NCBI GenBank assembly: GCA_904063045.1
Contig: CAJFCJ010000019.1
Location: 1,379,700-1,443,699, forward strand
Direction: 5' to 3'
From: Dimorphilus gyrociliatus
Lineage: Eukaryota; Animalia; Annelida
Length of the DNA: 64,000 nucleotides
Shown here piece after piece: positions 13,254 through 24,414 of the stretch. The notes beneath the pieces were generated by a model. It was not told the DNA's origin and made no database searches. It saw only the letters and a program-made list of their open reading frames with translations. Made by a program: the position numbers and the translations under genes. Numbering within the stretch: position 1 is the stretch's first letter; every line of letters starts with the position of its first letter.

Positions 13254-14291
13254 ATGATCGTGAACAATTCGTCAGAGCATGTAACCAATTATTCTGGACA
13301 TTTTTCAATAACATCGAATGAACGCTTTTACACAGAAACTACTATGATGATTCTGGCACTAATTACTAATGGTTTAGCCTGGATAGTTGCCAAGCAAGCG
13401 CAGGGTCAGCATACAGCTTATCATATCCTCTTTTTGAATTTGGCTGTGTCAAATATTTTATGCTCTTTTTCATCTTGGTGTGGAAATAATATATTCATTT
13501 CTCAAATTCTTACTGGTCTCTCTACATGTGTAAATATGCCTATAATAACTGCTATTCAAAACTTTTCGGTTTTAGCTGGTTGTATTGCTGGTTTAACAAT
13601 TTTAGGATTTACAAGTATTCAATTTCTGGCTATTTGCCGACCTCTGCATCACGCACGGCTCGTTAGGAGAAAGAGAATCTACAGCTTTTGTGCTATAAGT
13701 TGGATAGTGGTAGTAGTCATACTTGTGGTAGTGACATCTATAACAGTCCGATTATGTCGAAGTTGTAAAATCAGAAATGAGAAAATAGCACTTTTAAGCT
13801 ATATTGTTAAAGTGGTTGTAAACATTGGAGTAACGACTCTGGCATTGATCTATTGTTTAACTATAATTCTTTGCGCAAGAATATTTACAGAAATTCGTGA
13901 CCTCCGTAGGCGATTGTCTCAATTTAGATTTGATCAGGCAATTGAAGGAGAACGAAAGGCCTTTGTAACAATTGTTTTTCTACTAGCTGCCATGACAATA
14001 TTCTTTTTACCATATACTATTTTACATGTGTGGTCCCTCAATTTGGATGATCATGATCTAATTCAAAAGCCAGCTGTCTTCTTCTTTATGACCACTTTAC
14101 CCTATGTTAAGTTCCTTGCCGATCCTTTTATTTATGGAATGAGAATGAAAGAGGTAAAGGACGTCTGTAAGAAAATCCTTATCAGGTGTGGAATGGATAG
14201 ATGTTACAGAATAAATGGGATGACGCCTGTTCCGACACATATTCCAAATCATTCAATGGCCACTACTCATTTGGCTGTCACTTGTCTTTGA
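13254..14291 (+). CDS. Orphan class A (rhodopsin-like) GPCR, intronless CDS, atypical motifs
   Basis: Seven hydrophobic segments, N-glycosylation sequons at the N-terminus (NNS, NYS), LAICRPL after TM3, FFLPY in TM6 and DPFIYGMRMKEV in TM7/H8. An acceptor (ttctttcag) just upstream of the ATG at 13254 argues against the GTG-started longer ORF. Confidence 0.92.
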   Translation: MIVNNSSEHVTNYSGHFSITSNERFYTETTMMILALITNGLAWIVAKQAQGQHTAYHILFLNLAVSNILCSFSSWCGNNIFISQILTGLSTCVNMPIITAIQNFSVLAGCIAGLTILGFTSIQFLAICRPLHHARLVRRKRIYSFCAISWIVVVVILVVVTSITVRLCRSCKIRNEKIALLSYIVKVVVNIGVTTLALIYCLTIILCARIFTEIRDLRRRLSQFRFDQAIEGERKAFVTIVFLLAAMTIFFLPYTILHVWSLNLDDHDLIQKPAVFFFMTTLPYVKFLADPFIYGMRMKEVKDVCKKILIRCGMDRCYRINGMTPVPTHIPNHSMATTHLAVTCL

Positions 14292-14416
14292 GATAGTAAT
14301 GGGATAACCTTGTCCAATTACAAATTATGTAAAGTCCATCTATTTCTCTTATTATTGTATATATCTAATATAAATTGATCTATATGTTCAATATATTTAT
14401 CTACAGTATATATATG

Positions 14417-14423
14417 TAGATCA

Positions 14424-14463
<40 letters not shown>

Positions 14464-14465
14464 AT
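14417..14465. repeat. (TA)n microsatellite
   Basis: Run of TA dinucleotides with a few interruptions. Confidence 0.85.
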
Positions 14466-17400
14466 ATTAACACATACATACATTATGTACAGTGTGTTAG
14501 CAGTGTCTTCGTCAATGTAAAGCGTTAAAAGATGAATATGAGATATTAACCGCTACCTTTTCAGCTTGTCTATGATTGATTAAAGTTTAAACATGACGTG
14601 ATACTCTAAAGGAAATAGAGGTGGTAGAATCCGTAGTAAACTTATACAATATTCAGAAGATTCTATTTTATTTAAGCATGAAACAAAAAGTGTAGTAGTG
14701 AAGCTCGAGGCGTTTACATTTTGTATCTAATTCTATAATTCTCAAACACGGTAATATAGAAGCTTATACGGTTCAATTGGAATCTACTATTTTTCGCAAT
14801 TTTGCTGCTCTATTCTTTATTCTTTTCTTTCGTTCCAAAAAAAAAACTATGAAGTGGGCTTAACTACGTAGGATCAAGCCTGGTTTACAAGCTGTTAAAG
14901 TAAAGTTAAAGAAATGGGAGAGAAGCCTTAATATATTAGAATAGTTATGTGGCCGCTCAAAGAATTCTCCATTCACAAGGTCCCATAGTAAGTCTTTATA
15001 CATTTTGTATTATCTTTTCTCTTCTCCTCTTCTTCTCCTCGATTAAATAAGAAATAGGGAAAGAGAAGATAATTTACTTTTACATACTTTAATCTCCGCT
15101 TTCTCTAGATGGTCAAAAAATAGTGCATTTAGATGACCAAACTCTCAAGAGTTTGTTAAAAAAAAAGCAAAGAAGAAAAGGAATGAGAAGAGAACAAAAA
15201 AATATCTGTAATTGTCTGAAACATCATGATGATTAAAAAGAAAAACAATGTTACATTAGAACAAAAAAAATTGATAAAAATGAAAAAACTATGTACGCAT
15301 TTTACTTTTGACGTAATTCTATCGAAAGCAGTCCATTAAAAGGGAATCCCTTATGACACTGTTTGAAAAGAAATCCGTTTAGATAATATTTTATTTTTAT
15401 ATCATTATTATTACATGTTCGACTATTTTATGACAAAAAATATATATGACGACATTCTTTATAAGTGAACATTCTTTCGCTTATAGACTGTACATTTATT
15501 CATAGTAAATGTATAATAGTTTGTCTACGTAGCCTTATTTAATAGTACTTTTATTTGTTTTGTTTTTTATTTGATTTAATTTATTTCAAAGATTTAAACG
15601 ATAAAATATAAAATGTAGAGTATATAACGCATTTGTGTCTGTTAATTATTAGAATTCTCTTAAAGATGCTAAAAGGTTGTATCAATGAAATAATAAGAAT
15701 TTCTAGAGTTGCGCTATTGTATAAAATATATTGCAATGCTTCGTAAAAAGTCTATCAACTCTTATTATAAACATACAGGGTGAATAATTACAAAATGGGT
15801 TGGAATTCAGTATTACTCCAAGAGGTCCAAATTAGACGCAGTGGCTATTTAATGACTTGGAGCCTACAGCAATTGCCCTTACCGCAAATGACTTGATTTC
15901 ATTGGTGAAGTACTATCCAGTCTCAAAAACATTTTACAAGGAAAATGTCACTTTTGTATTCAAATCAGTTATTAATATTTTTAACCCTTCTAAATTTTCA
16001 TACAAGTAATTCTAAATAAGAATAAAATAAGATAATCGTTACTTAATTAACTTAATTTAAGCAAAAAATTGATTAGGTAGAAAAGTAACTTTAGATGATT
16101 GAAATCTTCATTTGTTAATTTAGGCTAAAGTAAGAAAAAATAGATTTCTTAGCAGAAATTTACCATTGTATAATTAGAGTGCTATTAGAATACTTTTTCT
16201 TATTTTTCTCATACATATATTATATATTACTACTTATTACAATCTGATACATTCTATACCATTGTGTAATTTCAGAAAAAATACTCATCTTTTCTCCATT
16301 AATAACTATATTACAGAAATAACTGAATAAATTTTCCGGCTTGAGGCAGATTATGATAATAAAAAGGAGATGAATATAAGTGAGGCAACCCCTTTGACTT
16401 TCGCTTATTAAATCAAGTTAAGATAAATATATGTATCTCGTGGGAGTTATCTTTCTAGAGAAACAGAGAGGGAACAATGAACGAAGTAAATATAAAATCT
16501 AAAGAATACGATGTATTGTCATCCTGAAGATGGCGCAATTGGGCTAAAGGTATATTACTTCCTTTAAAACCAAAGTTTAAGGAACGGAAAATTACTTTTC
16601 CAACAAAGAGGACTTGTAAAGCGTTTAGAAAAAAAAGCGTTAACGTTTCGAGTGCTTTATTCGCCCTCCCTCTCCCGTAATCGTAATAAACTAAAAGAAA
16701 AAGTTATTGATCAAGGTTAGTCGAAATTCTGTAAGCGCACTTTCTATATTATACTTCGTAAGCCTACTACTACGATGATTAGATTATGGAATGTACATGG
16801 TTTGCTCAGGCGTCTTTTGCGTTTACTCGCCAATTTAGTTTTTTTTTTTTCGGTGACCTCTTTAAAAAGATTAGCATAACATGGTCTGCCCGCCGGTGAC
16901 GCCCAATTGGAAACTGAGCTCAGTCGACAAGTAATTGATTTGAATTATTCGTTTCACGAGAGGTAGTTTCTCTTCTCTTCATATTCTTTTTCTCCTCTTT
17001 TTCAACCCCTATCAATTTCTTTTCCATTTATCAACATTGTTCTTAAAATATACTTTCAGTTTTTCTCATTATTCATCAATTTAAATAATAGTTCCTCGGC
17101 ATTCAGATGTTTCTACTCAGTTGTTTCTTTTCTTATATTTTCTTTTAGAGTAAACAGAAAAGTTGTTTTGTTAGTCTCCATTGAGAAGTGTAATAAAGCA
17201 AAGAATTTGATTCATGAGTAGGTTTATTAAGGTAGGAGGAACGTTGGCTAATTAGCGTCGGAGATGCTGTGCACATGGTCGGCGGATAGCCTCGAGCTTC
17301 TTACCCTTCATTTTAATTTGCTTATATATATATAAGAGGCTTTTACAGAGCTTTTCCCGACGTCTGGTGTATGGACCTGAATGATTATTGTCGAATTGAG

Positions 17401-17630
17401 AGCGGCAAAAGTAGGAAAGAATGTCGCATTGATTAGAGCGCGCCCCATCTATACGGCAGATCGTCTCTGAAAGTCGTTCCCGAGCAGTCGAAGTGTGTAG
17501 GATAACAAGGGAACAGAGAAAGTGAAGAAGAGTGAGGGAGAGCGGGAGACAGGGAATTGGAGAGGGTAAATGAGATATAAAAGAAGTTGAAGAAAGGCTG
17601 TTACAAGAAGAGGAAGAGGATCGGACGACA

Positions 17631-18665
17631 ATGTCGAGTAATAACTCAACTTCGCCATTTTTAATGGATGCCATCAAGTCAACTGGTCGTTTTGCTACAG
17701 AATCCTGTTTGGCTGCAGTTGCGATAACTTGTAATCTATTTGCTCTAATTGCCGCCAAGAACGCCAGGGGAAGGCATGGAGCATATCATATGCTCTTTAT
17801 GAATTTAGCAATTGCCAATAGCCTGTCTTGTGTTCTGCTCCTCACTTGTAATCATAATGTGAGTAATTATCAACTGGAAAAGGTGCTGGGTGATCAGTGC
17901 CGTATTATTGTCTTCGTCTCTTCGCTTGCAATCTTCTCATCGTCCTTCACCTTAGTTGCGGCCGCTACTTTACTGGGTTTCTCAGTCATCCAGTACCTAG
18001 CTGTCGCTCAACCTCTCCATCACCAGAATCTTGTGCGAAGGAGTAGAGTATGCACTTTCATTGCTTGTAGCTGGCTAATTACACTAATCGGCTCATTAGC
18101 TCCAGTTTTCGTTTTGGTTGACCTTGTTTATAACTCCCAATGTCAATATTTGGAGGTTGTAAGAACCTCATCTAAAGTCATTCGAATATCTGCCAACGCA
18201 AACGCTGGTGTACTAGCCGCTATCTACGCTTCTATCATAGTTTTATGCTGTACAGTCTATTCAGTTATTAAACGACTACAAAAGCGTTTGTCCCACTTTC
18301 GAAGGGACCAGCAGGCGGAGGATGTCAGCGGAGAAAGAAAAGCCTTTCACACGATTATCTTACTAGTTGGCTCTCTCACAGTATGCTTTTTACCATTTAC
18401 CATCGTTTATCTTTTAACATTGAACGTCGACAATTCAGGCTCTTTAACGGAGAATACAGCCATTGTATATTTTATGAATTTTTTACCCTATGTCAAGTTT
18501 ACCCTCGACCCTTTCATATATGGAATGAGAATGAAAGAGGTCAAAGAAAGCTGCGAAAGAATGTTACTTCTTTGTGGACTGCATAAGTTTTGTCCTTGCT
18601 GTATTAGGCCTACAACCGTAGCAATACCACTGCAAACTACGGTCCTATGTACAACGGCCCTCTAA
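17631..18665 (+). CDS. Orphan class A GPCR, paralog of 13254-14291, intronless
   Basis: Shared blocks: YHxLFxNLA, LGFxxIQ(F/Y)LA, PLHHxxLVRR, LxxRLSxFR, GERKAF, LPY(V)KF, DPFIYGMRMKEVK. Confidence 0.92.
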   Translation: MSSNNSTSPFLMDAIKSTGRFATESCLAAVAITCNLFALIAAKNARGRHGAYHMLFMNLAIANSLSCVLLLTCNHNVSNYQLEKVLGDQCRIIVFVSSLAIFSSSFTLVAAATLLGFSVIQYLAVAQPLHHQNLVRRSRVCTFIACSWLITLIGSLAPVFVLVDLVYNSQCQYLEVVRTSSKVIRISANANAGVLAAIYASIIVLCCTVYSVIKRLQKRLSHFRRDQQAEDVSGERKAFHTIILLVGSLTVCFLPFTIVYLLTLNVDNSGSLTENTAIVYFMNFLPYVKFTLDPFIYGMRMKEVKESCERMLLLCGLHKFCPCCIRPTTVAIPLQTTVLCTTAL

Positions 18666-19044
18666 TTAGTTTTGTGCTTCCTTTCGTTTTTTCAGTTTTT
18701 ATTTAAGCTCTACATTTCAGACTAATTTTGGTTTTCCTTTTTGGGCCTCTCTTTGTTTTTTCCTTTATAACTGCAAAAGACTATATTTTTTATATAAATG
18801 TATACAAAGTATATTATACTTATTATATTCAATGCAAAGATATATATATATAGATATATTTGCATTGTCTATACATATTAGTATATAACATATTAATACA
18901 ACGCTTTGTAAGTATTTTTTTCGGGCTGGTGATGCTGCAGTTAGTACTTTCCTTTTTTCTTTATACATGATGGCATAACACAATACATGTGTAATATTCT
19001 AATGCTGTGAATAGTAAGTGCTTTAATCTATATATATATATATA

Positions 19045-19941
19045 TAGTCGCGATATTAAGTAATTATAAGAAGAGCAAAAATGTCTAAAAATCGAAATAT
19101 TTTGATTTAGGAATAAAGTGTATGGTTGTGAATATTTTTTTGTATAGGATAGATGACTTGTGAAACATGATGGAAAATTTCAGATAAATATCTATATTTT
19201 AAGAATCAATTTATCTTTCTTTTTTACCATACTATGAATTTAGACAGCTATTAAGTAATTATAACATCATCATTATGACCTCATAATTATTAAAAAATGC
19301 ATCAGCTATCTTTAGAAATCTGCAAAGATATCCTGTTCCACTTAAGCAGGCCAAAATTGACCATTCAAGGCATAACAGCAAAATTTAATTGCAGCCCAGT
19401 TACAGTGCAGAATATAAAGAATCAGTTCAAGCAATTTAGAACAATAAATGACCTGCATATGTCTGGTAGACCACATAAAATCGCCAGGAGAAATTTGAAA
19501 GAGCTGTGGGAAATTTTTGAGAAGGAATTTTTCAAAATATCAAATTTTGAGATACAGGGATTGTATGCCTCTATTGAAAGGAGGCTAAATGCAGCAAGAA
19601 AGGCAAAAGGCATACATACCAAGTATTAAATTTGAAAATTTTATCATTTACAATCATTTGCCTTCTAAAAATGTATAAGTAAAATAAAAAAAGTACTTTT
19701 GATGGACCTGATTGATTTGTTATAATTACTTAATAGCGGTCTAAATTCATAGTATTGTAAAAAAAAAGACTGAAAAACTGATCATTAAAATATAGATATT
19801 TTAAAAAATTTTGCCTGATGCTTCATAAGTCATCTCTCTTACAGAAAAAATTATTCCTAACCATAAACTTCATTTGTAAATCAAGATATTTCGAATTTTA
19901 GATATTTTTACTCTTGTTATAATTACTTAATATCGCGACTG
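19045..19941 (+). mobile_element. Tc1/mariner element, IR/DR (Sleeping Beauty/Minos-like) architecture, internally deleted and non-autonomous
   Basis: Long imperfect terminal inverted repeats of about 220 bp (19045-19265 vs 19719-19941). Right end reads ...GCGACTG followed by TA; left end reads TAGTCGC (CAGT with C>T) inside a (TA)n run. Each TIR has an outer and inner copy of TATTAAGTAATTATAA. A transposase-derived ORF lies between them. Confidence 0.93.
19297..19629 (+). CDS. Truncated Tc1 transposase ORF: N-terminal HTH (PAI) + GRPR-like motif fused in frame to the C-terminal tail, DDE domain absent
   Basis: HTH-like TIQGITAKFNCSPVTVQNIKNQF, then SGRPHKI, directly followed by NLKELW...LYASIERRLNAARKAKGIHTKY, which matches the Tc1 C-terminal RLxAVIxAKGGxTKY signature. 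Confidence 0.85.
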   Translation: MHQLSLEICKDILFHLSRPKLTIQGITAKFNCSPVTVQNIKNQFKQFRTINDLHMSGRPHKIARRNLKELWEIFEKEFFKISNFEIQGLYASIERRLNAARKAKGIHTKY

Positions 19942-21105
19942 TATATATACAGTATAAAAGAAAGCATCCTAAAAAGCTTTGCCTTTAGACGTTATTTGAC
20001 GATAACATATTCAAATGACAAATGACAAGGTGTCAACATTATTATTATCTATATTATTATAAAATAATTATTATTAATAATAATATTATTAGAAAATTAA
20101 ATTATCATGTAGAAAACAGCGTCAATTGGATAGAAAAAAACGAAAATACGGACAAACTGTCTAAATGTGAAGATGAGCAGTTCGCAGAAAAGGAAATATG
20201 GCGGTATACATATTTATAGATAATTAATTTTCGATTTTATAGCAAATTTATTGATTGGAAATTAAGAAAGGGATAAAAAGAAAGAGTTTACCCTATTAAT
20301 TAACATTTAAATTCTTGAAGAAAAGAGAATATTAATTATACGCAATTTAAGATTGGTAACCTTTCCTTTTCCTGATAATTACCTACAGTTCTTATAAGAA
20401 AAAGGACAAAAAAAAAATAGCCTGACATAAATCTTACAGTATAAGCAAGAATAATTATTATAAAGAACGTAATTATAAAAAAATAAAGAAAATTGATTGT
20501 AGTTTGGCCATTTCTAAGAGATTTAAATAAATTTCATTCAATTCAGCGTAATATCTAATATGGATGAAAGGAATAAGTATATGTCAGATGAAAGGAGCTA
20601 ATATCTGAATTTTTATTATAAGGTACAAAGGATATTGTCCAATGAGTTCTTTCTTATTTCTCTTTTTATTTCATTCTATATATTATTAGTATATAGGCGT
20701 ATAATAAGCTATGTATATTTATAAATGATTACATTTGCATATTCAGAACAGACATATTTTTGAAATATGACTATTCATTAATATTTTATGTCTTATTATA
20801 TATAGACTTGAGTCGTGTAAACAAAGTAGTATAATATAATTACGCTACTTTTTTTTCTTTTGTTCATTGAATTCTTATCTCATTTATTGAAGTGGGAAAA
20901 AAGCATATTATCAAGTCTTTGTTTGCTTGTCGTTTTCGGTTCCTTTGGGATAATGTTTGTATTTAGAATACATAATTGGACATACTCTATTCAGTTTAAA
21001 CAGGCTTTAGTCGATTTATCCGTAGCAACCTTCAATTACCTAGCGGATAACGTTGACCTTTTTCGCTTAGAATGTAAATTAATCAAAAAAGGAATTCGAC
21101 CATTT

Positions 21106-23368
21106 CTAAGCAGCGTACTTCCTTTCATCCCTCAGTAAAATCGTTCGTGGAAAGAAGATGACTATCGACACGATAATGACGAATAGATAAATAAAGAAGA
21201 AGAGTCTATCCAACGTCCGAGCCAGGCTAAGCCACTCTTTGTTTACTGCGGCTTTAAGATTTTTTTCCTCTTTACTTTCCTCTCTTCTCTTTACTACTTC
21301 TTCCAGTATGTCGTGCATCTTCTTCATTCGATAATCTAGTCGTAATACTAATGAACTGATACTACCGTTCTGTGTCTGAATATCATCACCGTCAGGAAAT
21401 GCTCTTGTCTTAGTATCGTGCATTGCCACTCTTTCATACGTCTCAACAGCTCGGATGACGTAATCTCCAGAAGAGGACTTTGAATCCATATTCATACAGA
21501 GGATGTATGGTAGGAAGCGAAGAAAGAGCTATGATTTTTTGTTTAGTCGTAGGCAAAGTCAAGGGTAACGAATAAAAAAATTGCGTTAAAGGAAATGAGG
21601 CTTACATAAATAGTTTTTAAGCGTCTCTTACCAAATGTACCCACTTTGGTAACTTTTGCCGATGTTCGCCAGATGATCCGATTTTTGTGACTACCGAACT
21701 AAGGAAAATCGATAGTATTACAAGTACGGTTGTAAAACAGTAGTAGAGACCTAAAGGAGTAATTGAAAATTTTTCGGGCGCGAAATTGAAAAAAATAAAG
21801 GTTTAAAAAAAAAAAACGAAAGATGTCACTACCTAATAACGGCACTGCTGATGAAGTAGATGGCGCTGATTCCACCAGAATGAGAAGTAACAAAAGAAGG
21901 CTACTAAAAATGGTAAGACCGAGTACACTCTTGTCGGCATCCTGAGGGGGAAGCCAAAAGACCAGTAGAGTGAGAAAGCTTAGAAAAATAGCCGGCATTG
22001 TAAGAATATAAGTCGAGAACATAATCTTCCTTTTCAATTCCAATTTGAATTGCAAAATTGAGTACAAATCCTTTACTTGCCTCTCAGCCGTAATATTTAC
22101 AATGTACCATTCACTTAAATCTTTGTACACACTCTGAAAGCGAAAGAGTATAATTATCTTTAAAGCTCCATATATAAACAGGGTATGAAAGAACAAAGAG
22201 AGATTACTGTATATAGAGTAAATGAAAAGCAGTACCTTAAAAGTGCTAAGGTCAATTCCCTTAGAAAATAGTAAGTCAACGTCAACTTCGAAATACCGAT
22301 GTGTCCAAGAGCCAAACCATAAATAGCAGGTCTGGTTATCGAATGGAAAATTTCGAACGTCCATTCCACACGAAGATTTGAACATACGGTGGGGAAACCA
22401 ACTGACATTTCCGTCATGCGTGACAATCACCTGAACTTCACGAACAGCATCATCAGTATTCGCTCTGTATATTGAGAAAGAAGATGGAAACAACTTTAGT
22501 AAGAAAAGTGATGGGGTAAAAAAAAGCAATTAACGAAACAATTAAACCCGCGTTTATGAGATATGACAAAAATCATTTGACATATATGAAGAGTAGAGAA
22601 ACCTATGGCTCCCTCCTTTTCTGTCTAATCTTCCCTTGGGCAAAAAATACATGATATTTTTTCTGTTACACTATAAGATACTAACGTGTTAAGTAGCATA
22701 ACGTCTGGTAACCAAACATCCTTATAGTTGAGTCGAATTGATGTTATATTAGATTTTTTTTCAGGATTCCAACGAAGATATTCATCCTTCCATTTCTGAA
22801 AAATAAGTAGAGAAATCATAATTCTTTGATAAAGCGAATAAGATAAAATTTTCAAATCCATCTATAGTATTAAATCATTATTATATGCTGAGATTAATAT
22901 ACATAATTAGCCCAACAGCTTAAAACCAGCATATTATCTTTCTCTCTCAACTCCATTTTTATAAGACCCAATCCAAATAACACTTTTATAGCCGTTGAAG
23001 CATTTACAACTGGTCTTCCAAGCTTTCCGAATTTTTTGTAGTTTTTTAACAAATTCCGAACCAATTTCTTTTCTGGGGATGGTTCGATTGTAAAATCAGA
23101 ATTTTCTGTCGCCCTGCCAAGATCATTAAGATTAGCAAAAAGAGATAAAAACAACATGATGGTAGTTTCGCTGTGATTTAGTAAGCCTATTATATTTGCT
23201 CTTTAATGTATGAGATGAACTGATTAGTCTATTACTGAATAATTTAAATAATAAAAGAAAATTAAGAAATTCGATTTTTTTTTAATGAATAAATTTTAAA
23301 ACTTACTTTGATGGTGTAAAAAAGAGGAGATAAACTAACAAAATCACTATACCAACCGATAGTTGCAT
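21106..23368 (-). CDS. Nicotinic acetylcholine receptor-like (Cys-loop) non-alpha subunit, multi-exon
   Basis: Signal-peptide exon 23368-23307 (MQLSVGIVILLVYLLFFTPS) splices in phase to ATENSD...EKKLVRNLL...RPVVNAS. Further motifs: WKDEYLRWNPE, VWLPDVMLLN, Cys-loop CGMDVRNFPFDNQTC, FGSWTH, M1-M3 (VFWLPPQDADKSVLGLTIF), M4 WLSLARTLDRLFFFIY. No vicinal CC. Confidence 0.93.
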
Positions 23369-24414
23369 CGTATCTGGCGGCGGCGTCGACCGTCGCGCTA
23401 CTTTCACATGCAGTTTTTATAATAAAAAATAAAATAATCGTAAAGGATGAGAGAGGGCTCTCATAAAGAAAATTCAGGTAAAGGAGGAAAAAAGGGAAGA
23501 AAGGAAAATATATTGAAAAGGGTCGATTACAACTATATGGACGAGTGGTAGCCAATTGGCTTCGTCATCATTCTTTAACTTATTAAAAAATCTAGCACAA
23601 GCTTTCTCCATGAGCCAGGTATAGAAAAAAGTCTTTTTTTTTATATTCCATATTTCTATTATACTCTTCACCTCTTCTCCCTTGCTACTTTTTTCACACT
23701 TCGTCTGATAACACTACTCATCCAACCTTTTCGTTAAGGTAGTTTTTCTACCGTTAGAATGTTCTAATTCATCTTCAAGATGAGGAAGACAGTGGCTTAG
23801 ACCTAATTAACATTAGAAACGCCACTTCAACCGAAAGGCTAATGCAACAATGAAAAGTAATTTACGTTTGAGATCGATACGACTTGCAATCATTAATGTC
23901 CTTGTTTTTTGAGCGACAACACCACAAAAAAAGTCAAAACACTTACCAAGCAAATCTTATTCGTTCTTTTAACTATGTCTTTTTTCACCTCTAAGTCAGT
24001 TATACATAGTTCGCTTTAGGCTTGTCAGAAGGTTTTCACACTGTCAATATGTCTTCAAAGTAACGATAAACTGGGAATGTACAAGTTTTTCGGTCTCATG
24101 CGCCAAAGTTTATGCAAATATTCATCGGAAAAGATAAAAAATATCGTTTATTTATGTTAAAAATTACTCTGTTATTTTCAATTAATTGACTATATCTGCT
24201 TTCTCTTTAGAAAATCTTCCTCTCTTCTTTACACGCTTTCTCATACTTCAAGTATGAAGATTAAATTATAAAATAGACGAGATAATATACATAGGCATAG
24301 TTTTGTAACCATGGATATGAACAGTAGAAAATGTAAAATATTTTAAAAATATTTTAAAAATATTTAAAAAATAAAACAAAAGATACAAAAACGAATAAAA
24401 AAAATCTATTTCAG

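Noticed and set aside
17252-17758. 168-aa antisense ORF overlapping the start of the second GPCR
   Set aside because: It is the mirror of a purine-rich 5' region plus GPCR codons, gives a low-complexity Ser/Leu translation, and has no recognisable domain.
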